A stretch of 64,000 nt of DNA, taken from contig JANOAN010000003.1 in the NCBI GenBank assembly GCA_031411135.1, positions 10,614 to 74,613 of the forward strand, written 5' to 3'. Below, piece after piece: positions 9,254 through 19,565 of the stretch. The DNA is from a bacterium. GTDB taxonomy: Bacteria > Patescibacteriota > Minisyncoccia > Phycocordibacterales > CAIZLB01. The notes beneath the pieces are model-generated. The model did not search any database and was not told the origin of the DNA. It saw nothing but the letters and a program-made list of their open reading frames with translations. A program made the position numbers and the translations under genes. Positions within the stretch are counted from its first letter, which is position 1. The number at the start of each line of letters is the position of its first letter.

Positions 9254-9306
9254 CCCATCACGAGAGCCACAGCCCTCAGTGACAGAGGGTGGTGGTTTTT
9301 CGTTTT
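9254..9306 (+). terminator. intrinsic terminator, conserved family
   Basis: 'ccatcacgagagccacagCCCTCaGTGACAGaGGGtggtggTTTTTCGTTTT', about 80% identical to 5593..5641. Confidence 0.6.
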
Positions 9307-9328
9307 CCAACCTGATAAGCTTTTTGAC

Positions 9329-9976
9329 ATGAAGCGCATCAGAGAAGAATTTCTAGATAAGGTAGAAAAAGTCATTACCCTCCAAGAAAAAAATATCCTG
9401 GAAATCGGATGCGGTTCTGGCTCTCGATCTATCCAAATTGCAAAGAGATGTAAACACCTTACAGCCATCGAACCGGACAAAAACTTAATCGATGATGCTC
9501 TAAAAATAAACAGAGCTGACAATATTGACTACAAGATCGGTAGTGCCGAACAATTAAATTTTCCTAATCAAGCTTTTAACATCGTAGTCTTTACCCTATC
9601 ACTTCATCATGTCCCGGTTGGAAAAATGGACCAAGCTATAAATGAAGCCATACGGGTTATAAAACACAATGGTTATATTATCTTTCTAGAACCGACTAGC
9701 GATGGAAACTTCTTTGAGGCTGAAATAAAATTTGATGCTTGCGATGGAGATGAAAGGGAGCAAAAAACTTCGGCTCATGAAGCCATTCGAAATATTAAAG
9801 ATGCCAAACAGATCGCGGAGATTTCAGATGAAACAATTTTTCAATTTGACTCTGTTGAAGATTTTGTTAAGTCACTTAGTCCTAAAAAATCGATTACGGA
9901 GCTAGAAGACTTCCTTAGAAAGACCAATTTTATATTAAAAGCTTCACGAAGAATAAAAATTTTTCAGGTAGTGTAG
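9329..9976 (+). CDS. class I SAM-dependent methyltransferase
   Basis: Motif I 'ILEIGCGSGSRS'. Confidence 0.7.
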   Translation: MKRIREEFLDKVEKVITLQEKNILEIGCGSGSRSIQIAKRCKHLTAIEPDKNLIDDALKINRADNIDYKIGSAEQLNFPNQAFNIVVFTLSLHHVPVGKMDQAINEAIRVIKHNGYIIFLEPTSDGNFFEAEIKFDACDGDEREQKTSAHEAIRNIKDAKQIAEISDETIFQFDSVEDFVKSLSPKKSITELEDFLRKTNFILKASRRIKIFQVV

Positions 9977-9992
9977 TGTTATAATAACTCCC

Positions 9993-10853
9993 ATGGAAAT
10001 ATTTTTCTCACTAATCGTAAAACTAGCCCCACTCTACCTTCTCGTATGGCTAGGCTATATCTCAGGTAAAAAACTCCGGGTTAACAAGGAATCAGTTGCT
10101 GATTTGTTGCTTTTCGTCATCGCCCCAATCGTTGTATTAAATGGTGTAATGACCACAAATTTGTCATGGACTATCATCGCCATACCCTTCGGCTACTTTC
10201 TCGTTTCAAGCATTATAGGAGTTGGCTCGTATTTCATACTAGGTAAGTTTTGGCCCGGCTCTGAGAAGAATATCTTAGCCTTCAGTGCCGGGGCAGGAAA
10301 TGTTGGCTACTTCGGTCTCCCATTGGTTTTGGCGGTTCTCGGTGAATCAGCACTTGGTATCGCAATACTAATAGTCTTCGGTTCAATTTTGTATGAAAAT
10401 ACCATTGGTTTTTTTCTTGTCTCAAGAAGCAATGCATCCATAAAAGAATCGCTTATTAAAGTTCTACTTATGCCACGTCTGCATGCTTTTGTTGTGGGAG
10501 TAATTCTTTCTTTACTAAGTATTCAAGTTCCGGAAATGCTTAAGGATTTATTTGCCAATGCGCGAGGTGCATATTCGGTGCTTGGTATGATGCTGGTTGG
10601 TATTGGAATATCCGGAATATCAAAGGCGTCCGTTGATTTAAAGTTCATGCTATCGGCTTTTATTCCTAGATTTATTATATGGCCGACAATAATCATAAGT
10701 TTCATTATTTTAGATTCAACCTTCTTTAAACTTTACAGTACTGAAGTCCATGCAGTTCTTCTCCTGCTTTCGTCAGTTCCAATGGCTTCAAATACGGTTG
10801 CATATTCGAGTCTCTACGGAGGACATTCGGATAAGACTGCCCTTTGGTTTTGA
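9993..10853 (+). CDS. AEC-family (auxin efflux carrier-like) membrane transporter
   Basis: Ten hydrophobic segments; the N-terminal 'LAPLYLLVWLGYISGK' is typical of AEC permeases. Confidence 0.6.
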   Translation: MEIFFSLIVKLAPLYLLVWLGYISGKKLRVNKESVADLLLFVIAPIVVLNGVMTTNLSWTIIAIPFGYFLVSSIIGVGSYFILGKFWPGSEKNILAFSAGAGNVGYFGLPLVLAVLGESALGIAILIVFGSILYENTIGFFLVSRSNASIKESLIKVLLMPRLHAFVVGVILSLLSIQVPEMLKDLFANARGAYSVLGMMLVGIGISGISKASVDLKFMLSAFIPRFIIWPTIIISFIILDSTFFKLYSTEVHAVLLLLSSVPMASNTVAYSSLYGGHSDKTALWF

Positions 10854-10967
10854 TTAGCACGATAATAGCTCTGGTGTTTGTTCCTTTGATTTATAACGTA
10901 TTTAGTTTTTCCGTTTAATTTAAAAAGGGCTGTGTCGTGGAAGACACAGCCCCGCAATATCAATTTG

Positions 10968-11198
10968 TCAGTTGAGGTTCTCCTGTCGCGGAGGAGGAAG
11001 CAGTAATACTTGCAAATTTCGGCCAGGGAAGACCTTATCGAACCACTCTGCTCCTCCGTGCTCAGTGAACCACATCATGCATTCGGCATTAGTTGGATCA
11101 TGTCCAAGATTAACGCCTGCTACCCAGCGACTGAAGCCCGTCGTAGCGATCCGAACTTGGATGCGATGACGGAACAACATCAAGGGGTTGTTGTTCAT
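10968..11198 (-). CDS. small hypothetical protein (GC-rich, 76 aa)
   Basis: Perfect AGGAGG RBS 6 nt upstream of the ATG (revcomp of 'catactctacctcct'). A bidirectional hairpin terminator lies at 10923..10957. Confidence 0.5.
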   Translation of the reverse strand: MNNNPLMLFRHRIQVRIATTGFSRWVAGVNLGHDPTNAECMMWFTEHGGAEWFDKVFPGRNLQVLLLPPPRQENLN

Positions 11199-11348
11199 AC
11201 TCTACCTCCTTTCTATAGGGGTTAGAAGGTTTTTAGGCCAGACGGGGTGTTTGGCTTAAATTAAGCATATTCCTCATTTTATAGGGTTTCAATAGAGTTA
11301 TGCACAGTTAAACCACAGGTTTTCAACTGTTCATACATTATATTTATT

Positions 11349-11810
11349 TTATAAAACCTTCTCCAAACTCACATCAATTTCTTTAAAACCGTTATTTTTG
11401 TAAAACTCTATCGCTTCAACATTTTGTATATACGAATTTACAAAAGCTTTTTCAAACCCCTTCGACTTTGCCCATTCAAAACACTTATTCATGATAAGTT
11501 TTCCTATGCCTTTCCACCTATATTCTGGAGTCACTCCCATGTTTTCAATTTCAAAGTATTTACTTTTTCTATAGTCGATTTTCTTTGGACTGGCAGCGAG
11601 GTATCCAACTTTCTTGCCTTCATCTTCCACAATCAAACAAAGAGCCTCTGGATTATCGAGTAATTCAGTAAAATACACCCTTCCCTTATTTGATTTCGCC
11701 CACGTCAGGTCCAAATCTTTATCATATTCGGCATTATGTATAAATACCTCATCATTGAGATTTTGGAGGTCAGATACTTCATCTTTTCTGAAAAGTCTGA
11801 TGTTTAGCAT
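11349..11810 (-). CDS. GNAT-family N-acetyltransferase
   Basis: 'GYLAASP...MGVTPEYRWKGIGKLIMNKCFEWAKSKGFEKAF' acetyl-CoA binding motif. Confidence 0.75.
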   Translation of the reverse strand: MLNIRLFRKDEVSDLQNLNDEVFIHNAEYDKDLDLTWAKSNKGRVYFTELLDNPEALCLIVEDEGKKVGYLAASPKKIDYRKSKYFEIENMGVTPEYRWKGIGKLIMNKCFEWAKSKGFEKAFVNSYIQNVEAIEFYKNNGFKEIDVSLEKVL

Positions 11811-11909
11811 AGGTAAAGTATAGCAAAAAATAAAGATATGGGTTCAAAAACAAAACGCCGGAGATTTCTCTCTCCGGCGTTTGTGATTGTTTTACTTCGC
11901 GATTTTCCG

Positions 11910-12566
11910 CTAGGCAACTTTTCCGAGCAGACTCGGGTCAGCCACCAGCATTTTCTTTGCGTCAGCAGTGCTGATGATGACTGGAATACCCGCCATACGG
12001 AGCTGGAGTGCCCAGATCAGGTTGTCGGTTGTTGCCGCTGGAGCGTGAATCGTGTCCCCTGTTGATGAATGGATCAGTTCGATACCGCGTTCAGCCTCGA
12101 CCTTATTAAGCGAAAGTCGCTTCGTCAGGTTGAGACCGGACAGATCGATTGAACCAGTACTTTTCACCTCATCCAACGACACCACCTCAAAACTCCCACC
12201 GCGGCTTCCACCGCACCAGAAGTTGGCCGATTTGACTTGGCATCCGGACATGGTGATCCACGAACCCGAACAGCTTTCAATCCACAGTCCACCAAGGAAG
12301 TGGGTGTTGTGCATCGTCATGACCAGGGCGTCGTAGCCGCCAATCATGACCATACCGTTGAATACGATGTTTTCAAGATGGATCGATTGGTACTCCTTTT
12401 TTTCTGCCCCCGTACCTTTTTTTGTGAGATCGATCTCCTTACTGTTAATATGAACGTCGTGTTGGACGGTCATTGATGAGTGGCGGCCCATGACCATATC
12501 ATCGGTCTTGGACTTCGCCACCATTTGCTGGAACTCACGAGCTGTGAGCAGTTGCGGTGTTTTCAT
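11910..12566 (-). CDS. hypothetical protein (GC-rich)
   Basis: GGAGG RBS 12 nt upstream; no recognisable motif. Confidence 0.45.
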   Translation of the reverse strand: MKTPQLLTAREFQQMVAKSKTDDMVMGRHSSMTVQHDVHINSKEIDLTKKGTGAEKKEYQSIHLENIVFNGMVMIGGYDALVMTMHNTHFLGGLWIESCSGSWITMSGCQVKSANFWCGGSRGGSFEVVSLDEVKSTGSIDLSGLNLTKRLSLNKVEAERGIELIHSSTGDTIHAPAATTDNLIWALQLRMAGIPVIISTADAKKMLVADPSLLGKVA

Positions 12567-12624
12567 AGTTTGGATGTGCCTCCGTCAGGCAGTCTAGTAC
12601 ATCTAATAATGAAGTCAACTTTAA

Positions 12625-14259
12625 CTACTTTACATGCACCTCATTCCCCAACACCGGCACATAAAACTTATCGATATATTCCACAAGCATTCTTGTCGTA
12701 CTGAATTTTTCTAAAATCAAATCTCTGGAATTTTTCATTCTCGTTCTCCATTGATCTTTCGAGTCATAATACATCGGGACAATTTCCCACTCTAAAATAT
12801 CCAACATATTTCGACTTCCTTCTATTGTCCAACCAATCTGCGAGAGATTCACTTCATACACCCAGCCGTCCCTTGTTGAAAATGGCAAAGCCCCGTTGAG
12901 GCACGCTTTCATACCTGAAGTTCCACACGCTTCCCTTCCAACCTCTGGAGTATTGAGCCACACATCACATCCTGAAACCAACATTTTTGAAAGTTCTAAA
13001 TCATAATTCGGTAAATATACTAAAATATCTTTTAACTCATTTCCTGCATATTGTAAGAGGGTTTTTAAAAACGGATTTCCTTCTTCCGCTGGTCCTGAAA
13101 AAACAATCTGCACTTTACATCCTTCTCGTGAAGCGATTTCTTTAAATCTTTTCAAGTCTGAAAGAATCGCAATTGGTTGCTTGTATTCCACCAACCTTCT
13201 TCCCCACCCAAGGAGCAGTACATCTTCGTCAAAAGCTTTCCCAGTTTGTTTTTTAATTTCTTTTAAAAGCAACCTCTTATTCTCCTGATGTCTCTGCCAA
13301 AAATTAGCTGAATCTACATAGTCGCCTATGGCATCCCAGCGCTCTATATATATACCATTCGTCACCACTTCAATATTAAAATCCTTCCACAGAACTCCAG
13401 CTTTTATTGAATGTAGCATCGACACAGCATTCACCTTTGATGACATATTAAGTGCCAAGTTTGTCATCGAGAAAAACTCTTCGTTAGGAATTTTTCCAAG
13501 GGAAATGATCACATTCAGTGCGACTTCAATTTCCTCGGAAAATCTACGGAGCATATAATCTACTTTATCAATTGCAAAAATTTCCTGACCAGCTGGCACA
13601 AGTGTGTGATTGGTAAATACAATATGCTGACGTGCATATTGATAAGCTTTCGCAAACGGCAACTGATGACGATGCATCTCGTGGCGTATAAGCTCAAGAC
13701 ATAAAAATGCCGAGTGGCCTTCGTTTAAATGGAAAACTGATGGATGGATTTCAAGTGCACGTAAAAATCTCATACCCCCGATACCAAGAAGGATTTCCTG
13801 CATCAATCTCACATCGTGATTCTCATCATACAAAATGTTCGTAATACCCTTATCATCAATATGATTTTCTTCAATATCCGTATCTAGTAAAATTATTCTC
13901 GCATTATTACTTTTGATTTCCCACGCACGAATCAGCACGTCGCGATCTCCTATGGGTAGTGTGATCGTTAAAACTTTTCCTTCTTTGTCCAAAACTTTGG
14001 ATAATCCGAAATCCCAAGGATTCTTTTTTTCTCCAAAGACACTGCCCCACTTATATTTATAAAAAAGCCCCATACATACCACCGGAAAACCCTGGTCTGC
14101 CATTTCAAAAAAATAATCTCCTGCCAAAACCCCTAATCCTCCTGCATAAAACCTACGATCATTAAAAATTGCGTACTCGGCGGAGAAATAGGCCACCGGG
14201 TCTTTTTTCAAAGCCTCGTACTGCTCTGTATTTTTAAATTGTGCAAGCCACTCTTTCAT
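12625..14259 (-). CDS. glgP: alpha-glucan (glycogen/maltodextrin) phosphorylase, GT35
   Basis: PLP-lysine motif 'EACGTSGMK'. The start was trimmed from 14382 to the ATG at 14259, which has an AGGGGG RBS and sits 4 nt after the GH57 stop. Confidence 0.8.
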   Translation of the reverse strand: MKEWLAQFKNTEQYEALKKDPVAYFSAEYAIFNDRRFYAGGLGVLAGDYFFEMADQGFPVVCMGLFYKYKWGSVFGEKKNPWDFGLSKVLDKEGKVLTITLPIGDRDVLIRAWEIKSNNARIILLDTDIEENHIDDKGITNILYDENHDVRLMQEILLGIGGMRFLRALEIHPSVFHLNEGHSAFLCLELIRHEMHRHQLPFAKAYQYARQHIVFTNHTLVPAGQEIFAIDKVDYMLRRFSEEIEVALNVIISLGKIPNEEFFSMTNLALNMSSKVNAVSMLHSIKAGVLWKDFNIEVVTNGIYIERWDAIGDYVDSANFWQRHQENKRLLLKEIKKQTGKAFDEDVLLLGWGRRLVEYKQPIAILSDLKRFKEIASREGCKVQIVFSGPAEEGNPFLKTLLQYAGNELKDILVYLPNYDLELSKMLVSGCDVWLNTPEVGREACGTSGMKACLNGALPFSTRDGWVYEVNLSQIGWTIEGSRNMLDILEWEIVPMYYDSKDQWRTRMKNSRDLILEKFSTTRMLVEYIDKFYVPVLGNEVHVK

Positions 14260-14263
14260 TTTT

Positions 14264-15757
14264 TTAAACCCCCTGTTGTTCTGGTTGACCACCACGGAGG
14301 CGCGAGTATTCATCTTTATATTTTGTAATAATTTGTTCGACTTCTTCATTTGGAATTTTAACACGTAAAAGGTCAATTGCATTCATTGCTTCATATATAT
14401 CAAGTTTGTTTTCTAGTTTGTACACCGCATCTCGCCATAAAATTGCTTGTTCATATTCCTTGTTTTCAATTGCTTCCTTTTCCAATCGTTTCATCATATC
14501 AACGAAGGCATAATAAACCCCTTCTTCTTCACCACCTTTAGAAATAGTTCTATCTTTGAAAGGGATGCGCAGAACCGTTTGTTGTTCATGACTCATCTCA
14601 CGAATCTTTCCTGATCGTTGCCAATTGAAACCGGTCGACACGATGTTTTGATAAAGTTTACCCGCCTTGTTTAGAACTTCCGGATCAAGATTTGAAATTA
14701 AACTTAAGACTTCATGCAATCTATATGCTCCGTCCTCTACCATTTCCATACTCCACCAAGGTTTTCCTGAAGCCCACCAAAAATGATCGCTGGTTAACGC
14801 ACGATCCATCTTTTTTCGCACGTCCAAATATTCGGAAGCGTTTTTATCCATTTTCTGAACTTGATCCAACGCAAGTTTTAACAATTCATGTTGCATTGTG
14901 TGTAAAATATTCTCAGGATCTGCCCATGATATGAATTGAACTCCCCTTTCAATATCCTTCTTGCTACTAGCCCAAGTAGACTTGATTGGAGAAATTTCTA
15001 CTATGTCTTTATAAAGCTCCATGAGCTTTGAAATATTTACAAGATGTAATTCTGGAACAGAAAACATATCAAAAAGAAGTTTCTCTAACCCAGGTCGGTG
15101 GTGCCCGAAAGTTTCCCCATCCATTCCAGTCAAAATGTAACGGTTACTCTTTAAATCATCAGTCATCGCATCCATCAAAGTCTTCACCGAACGCACGCCG
15201 GCGCCCATAATAAGATTACTTAGTCTTCTTTCTCTAAAAAATACTTTCAAATTAGTATTTTTTATCTTATATATTTTAGTGTAGTCCACCCTTCCTGTTT
15301 CCCCATAAGCCGCAATCTCATCGAGGATGATCCATTCAAAACCCATTTCCTCAACGATCGCTGACATTTCCTCTTTAAAAGCCATCTCGGGTGGAAAGAA
15401 TCCTTTCGGATTATATGAATCTCCAAGGTACTGGCGGCTAATCTCATCGTTAATTTGTATCTGGCGAACAATTTCTTCTTTATCCAAAAATGGCAAGAAC
15501 GAATGATATTTGGCAGATCCTGTAAATTCGATTCGTCCATCTTTTCCCATCTCTTTCAACATTTCAATTAAATCCTGGTGACCATATCTATCAAAAAGCT
15601 CTAGCAAAGACCCGTTTATATTAAGTGTTAAGTGAATATCTTTATTGTCCCGCAACTGAGTTAGCAGGGGTCGGTAGCACTGTGCAATCACTGCTTCCAA
15701 CACATCAGCTTGCTGGTCCGGCGGCTGATATATGTGTAAGAAGTTTGCCCAGTACAT
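14264..15757 (-). CDS. GH57-family glycoside hydrolase (alpha-amylase / glucan branching enzyme-like)
   Basis: N-terminal 'HIYQPP', 'GHHRPG' and ~500 aa length match GH57 branching enzymes. Confidence 0.65.
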   Translation of the reverse strand: MYWANFLHIYQPPDQQADVLEAVIAQCYRPLLTQLRDNKDIHLTLNINGSLLELFDRYGHQDLIEMLKEMGKDGRIEFTGSAKYHSFLPFLDKEEIVRQIQINDEISRQYLGDSYNPKGFFPPEMAFKEEMSAIVEEMGFEWIILDEIAAYGETGRVDYTKIYKIKNTNLKVFFRERRLSNLIMGAGVRSVKTLMDAMTDDLKSNRYILTGMDGETFGHHRPGLEKLLFDMFSVPELHLVNISKLMELYKDIVEISPIKSTWASSKKDIERGVQFISWADPENILHTMQHELLKLALDQVQKMDKNASEYLDVRKKMDRALTSDHFWWASGKPWWSMEMVEDGAYRLHEVLSLISNLDPEVLNKAGKLYQNIVSTGFNWQRSGKIREMSHEQQTVLRIPFKDRTISKGGEEEGVYYAFVDMMKRLEKEAIENKEYEQAILWRDAVYKLENKLDIYEAMNAIDLLRVKIPNEEVEQIITKYKDEYSRLRGGQPEQQGV

Positions 15758-15762
15758 ATTAT

Positions 15763-17265
15763 TTATTGGTTTTTTTCTTCACTATTAAAAGCAATCGCTT
15801 TTTTGAACATTTCTATGTATTCTTTGGCAGACTTTTTCCAAGAAAAATCTGTGGTCATTGCGCGCTTTTGGAGAGTCACCCACTCTTTAGGATGCTTGTA
15901 AGTTTCAAGAGCGCGCACGAAGGCACCAAAAAAAGCATACGGGTCATACTTTTCAAAAACGAATCCTGTGCCTTCCTTATTGTTCTCATTATAATCAACA
16001 ACACTATCCGCTAGACCTCCTGTTTTTCTAACTAGCGGTAGTGCCCCATAGTGCATAGCTTCCATCTGAGTAAGGCCAGATGGTTCAAATTTTGAAGGGA
16101 CAAGGACTAAATCCGCCCCAGAGTGCACAACGTGAGGTAAGGTTGTATCAAATGATAAGTGAGTGGCAACTTGAGTATATCTCTTCTCTAAATCCGCAAA
16201 AAATCCTAGATATTTAGAATCCCCATTTCCTAGCACAATAAGTTGAAATTTGAAGTTTTCAAGAAGGGGTTCGATTGTCTGTAATACCAAGTCCATCCCC
16301 TTTTGCTCTGCTAGTCTAGAAACGATTGCGACAAGAGGAGTACTTGGCTCTTCTTCCAAGTTAAATTTTCGCTGTAAAACAGCTTTGTTCTTTTGCCTGT
16401 CTTTGAGGCTTTTTACTGAGTACTTGTATTCAATATATGGATTAGCAGTTGGGTCGTTACTTGTATAATCGATTCCATTTAAAATTCCCGACAGACGTGA
16501 ACGACGCTCTGCTAAAAGCCCATCGAGCATTTCACCGTATTCTGGTGTGGTGATTTCTTGCGCATAGTTTGGAGAAACCGTGTTAACCACATCTGCAAAA
16601 AGAATACCACGTCGCATAAAATTGATTTTTAACATGCGCTGATCATCAATTGCAGGTATAACTGATCGTCCATCGTCATAATCCATTTCATTTATAAAAT
16701 GATGATCAAACATTCCCTGAAAATGCAGGTTGTGAATACAAAAAACTGAAGCAATCTTGGAGATAATCGGGTCTTTGGCATATTCGGTTTTCATCAAGTT
16801 TGGAATAAGCCCTCCTTGCCAATCCGCTGAAACGATAATGTCCGGTCTCCAGTCTTCATTTCTTTTTATGAATTCTAATGCGGCGCGCGAAAAAACGGCG
16901 AATCGCGCGCCGTCATCATCATATCCATATACATTTCCTCGCTGTTCAAAGTACTCCATGTTCTCCATAAAATAACTTGGAACTTCTGAGCCGTTTGCGG
17001 TAGCCACTTTTACGTTACAAGAAATTGGGTGCTCATCTCTTCCGCTTGGAATAGAAATTCCTTCCATGATCATTTCCATCGGGAATTTTTCTTTTGGAAT
17101 TGAGCTGTAGTAAGGAATCATTACCCGAGCATCATGGCCAAGCTCGCGAAGAGCCTTTGGAAGAGAGTACATCACCTCGCCAAGTCCTCCGACTTTGATA
17201 AATGGAGCTGCTTCACAACCTAAAAAGAGAATTTTAAGGCCTTTTGATTTTAGAGAGAGTTTCAT
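15763..17265 (-). CDS. glgA: glycogen synthase (GT5, ADP-glucose type)
   Basis: 'KVGGLGEVMYSLPKAL' (KxGGL motif) and the C-terminal 'GLTQMEAMHYGALPLV'. Confidence 0.85.
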   Translation of the reverse strand: MKLSLKSKGLKILFLGCEAAPFIKVGGLGEVMYSLPKALRELGHDARVMIPYYSSIPKEKFPMEMIMEGISIPSGRDEHPISCNVKVATANGSEVPSYFMENMEYFEQRGNVYGYDDDGARFAVFSRAALEFIKRNEDWRPDIIVSADWQGGLIPNLMKTEYAKDPIISKIASVFCIHNLHFQGMFDHHFINEMDYDDGRSVIPAIDDQRMLKINFMRRGILFADVVNTVSPNYAQEITTPEYGEMLDGLLAERRSRLSGILNGIDYTSNDPTANPYIEYKYSVKSLKDRQKNKAVLQRKFNLEEEPSTPLVAIVSRLAEQKGMDLVLQTIEPLLENFKFQLIVLGNGDSKYLGFFADLEKRYTQVATHLSFDTTLPHVVHSGADLVLVPSKFEPSGLTQMEAMHYGALPLVRKTGGLADSVVDYNENNKEGTGFVFEKYDPYAFFGAFVRALETYKHPKEWVTLQKRAMTTDFSWKKSAKEYIEMFKKAIAFNSEEKNQ

Positions 17266-17282
17266 ATTGCTTAAAAATTATA

Positions 17283-17876
17283 CTATATAGAACCCTTATC
17301 TACCATAATTGCCCTGTATTCATCTGCCGTCATCTCCTTTATCTCAGGGGTATTTTTGTAGCTTGGGTTCTTTACATAAGCCGGTTTACCACCACTTTCC
17401 ATTACATAATAGGCAAAACCTTTCATTTTTCGAACTATTTCGTAGTCAGCGTGTCCTGGCAGGCTTACTGGATCTTTTTCGGCAAAGTTTACCGGACTGT
17501 CATCTGCTGTTGCGAGCCAAACCTTACCCGTGTTTACCATAAGGTGCCCAATACCTGTTGGAATTGGGAGGATATCACCTGCTTTAGTGTGAACTGCCAC
17601 GCACACTTCCATTTCATCATCAGTTTTTCTTTTCTGAAGCATCAAAATCCCTTCCCCCCGGAGAACATGGTACGTCTCATGTATGTCGCCAACATGGTAG
17701 TGCCCATAGGCTTTGATGTATTCACCCCCTACTGTTCCAGGCTCCCACACAGTAATATTCTCCTTCTCACTTCCCCCACGGATCATATAGTAGTGCACTT
17801 CTGGGCCTTCTGCATCAGGTGACATCAACACCTCTCGCATCATTTCGTGACTCCGCTCGGCAAATGGTTTTATCAT
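17283..17876 (-). CDS. cupin-type (archaeal-type) glucose-6-phosphate isomerase
   Basis: ~190 aa cupin with metal ligands 'GHYH...E...H' ('AYGHYHVGDIHETYHVLRGEG'), matching the cupin-PGI family. Confidence 0.65.
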   Translation of the reverse strand: MIKPFAERSHEMMREVLMSPDAEGPEVHYYMIRGGSEKENITVWEPGTVGGEYIKAYGHYHVGDIHETYHVLRGEGILMLQKRKTDDEMEVCVAVHTKAGDILPIPTGIGHLMVNTGKVWLATADDSPVNFAEKDPVSLPGHADYEIVRKMKGFAYYVMESGGKPAYVKNPSYKNTPEIKEMTADEYRAIMVDKGSI

Positions 17877-17899
17877 AAAGATATTATACTGCTATACTA

Positions 17900-18646
17900 G
17901 TGATTATGGAACTCAAAAAAATTATTGCTTTCGATCTGGATGGGACGCTGACCGAAAGTAAGCAGCCAATGACAGAGGAGATGGCGCACCTTATTGATGA
18001 GCTATCTTCTAAAACCAAAGTGGCAATCATTTCTGGCGGTTCATTCCCGAGATTTAAAGATCAATTTCTCCACCAACTGAAAAATACAAAAAACCTTATC
18101 CTCCTGCCGACAAGTGGAAGCTGTCGATACGAATATGATGAAGCCACAAAAGATTGGAAGCAAACTTTTTCTCACCCGTTTACAAATGAAGTAAAGAACA
18201 AAGTCATCGAAGAGCTAAATAAAATTATCCAAGAAAAAGAATTTGATATACCAGAAAAACATTTCGGGCCCTATATCGAAGACCGTGGCAACCAGATTAC
18301 CCTATCGACACTTGGACAAAATGCACCAAATGATGAGAAGAAACTTTGGGACCCGCATAGCATCAAGAGACTTAAAATCAGAGAGAGATTAGAAAAATTT
18401 ATACCGGAAATCGATGCGCACATCGGCGGGATGACGTCGATAGATGTACTTCCAAAAGGTTTCGATAAAGCAGTTGGGTTGAAGTTATTATTAGAGGCAG
18501 AAAACCTCACAATTAAAGACATTCTATTTATTGGTGACGCTGTTTTTGAAGGGGGAAATGATTATTCCCCCCTCCAGGCTGGGATTGAAACCATTGGGAT
18601 TAAGGATCCGGGTGAGACAGCGGAGGTTATAAGGAAACTGTTATAA
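17900..18646 (+). CDS. HAD-IIB family hydrolase, eukaryotic-type phosphomannomutase-like
   Basis: 'FDLDGTLTES' motif I; ~250 aa like PMM. Confidence 0.55.
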   Translation: MIMELKKIIAFDLDGTLTESKQPMTEEMAHLIDELSSKTKVAIISGGSFPRFKDQFLHQLKNTKNLILLPTSGSCRYEYDEATKDWKQTFSHPFTNEVKNKVIEELNKIIQEKEFDIPEKHFGPYIEDRGNQITLSTLGQNAPNDEKKLWDPHSIKRLKIRERLEKFIPEIDAHIGGMTSIDVLPKGFDKAVGLKLLLEAENLTIKDILFIGDAVFEGGNDYSPLQAGIETIGIKDPGETAEVIRKLL

Positions 18647-18774
18647 AACCCTTTACTTTTTAAAGATTTGTACTATAGTTTTATCAGGCTAGCAATCACG
18701 CTAGAAGGCACCATTTCAAAACCAAAACGGACCAAAAGGAGGACCAGGTGTTGTAATACACCGAACAAAGAAAC

Positions 18775-19119
18775 ATGAAAAAACTTTCTGCTCACCTCCA
18801 CGAGGTGTTCCCGAAAATTCGCTCACTGATGAAGGCATTCATCGGGGTTACCCCGCAGACTTACCACCAACATGACTGGGCGAACTTCATCGGGCTGTTC
18901 TTCACAGGATGGTCTTGCCAGATCATTGTGCAAGGAGCGAGTCCGAGGAACACATTCTGCTTTATGTGGGACAGCGACCACAGCACGCTAACGGTAACGA
19001 GAAGGGATCAGTGCCACTTGGGGCAAGTTGTACCACTTGAGCCTGAAAACATCCCAGACAACACAACCATTCCGAAAGAACAGAGGGACGCAAAAAGTCA
19101 GGTGACTTTCACCTTCTAA
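18775..19119 (+). CDS. hypothetical protein (GC-rich)
   Basis: AAAGGAGG RBS upstream and a hairpin terminator 'cctgcaattttgcagg'+T-run downstream. Confidence 0.45.
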   Translation: MKKLSAHLHEVFPKIRSLMKAFIGVTPQTYHQHDWANFIGLFFTGWSCQIIVQGASPRNTFCFMWDSDHSTLTVTRRDQCHLGQVVPLEPENIPDNTTIPKEQRDAKSQVTFTF

Positions 19120-19216
19120 GCAATAAAGGTACCCCGACTACCTGCTCACGCGAATCGTCGGAAAGGTCCTGCAATTTTGCAGGCTTTTTTAATACTTTCA
19201 GGTTATAATTCCCTAC

Positions 19217-19513
19217 ATGACAAACCACCAAGAAAACAATTTTTTAGAATCAGGATCCACTGAATTTTTAGCAAAGTACGGAATCCATCGCGTCAATTAC
19301 AGTTTTTTCGATAAGTTTAGATTTGTGCTGGGGGCGGGACTTGGATTAATTGCTGCTTTAGCATGGGATGAGACTTTAAAATCTGCCTTTGATGCACTTT
19401 TTCCAAAAACAGATTCAGGGTGGCACAGCTTCATATATGCTCTATTTCTTACGATCGTCGCTACAATAGTCACCTTTGGTTTGAAGATAGTTTCAAAACG
19501 ATTGAAGAAGTAA
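19217..19513 (+). CDS. small membrane protein
   Basis: Two predicted TM helices; precedes the ABC exporter pair. Confidence 0.45.
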   Translation: MTNHQENNFLESGSTEFLAKYGIHRVNYSFFDKFRFVLGAGLGLIAALAWDETLKSAFDALFPKTDSGWHSFIYALFLTIVATIVTFGLKIVSKRLKK

Positions 19514-19565
19514 TTTAGTCACCAATTGCTCTATTAAACGGCTAGTAATATACTGAAATTCAACT

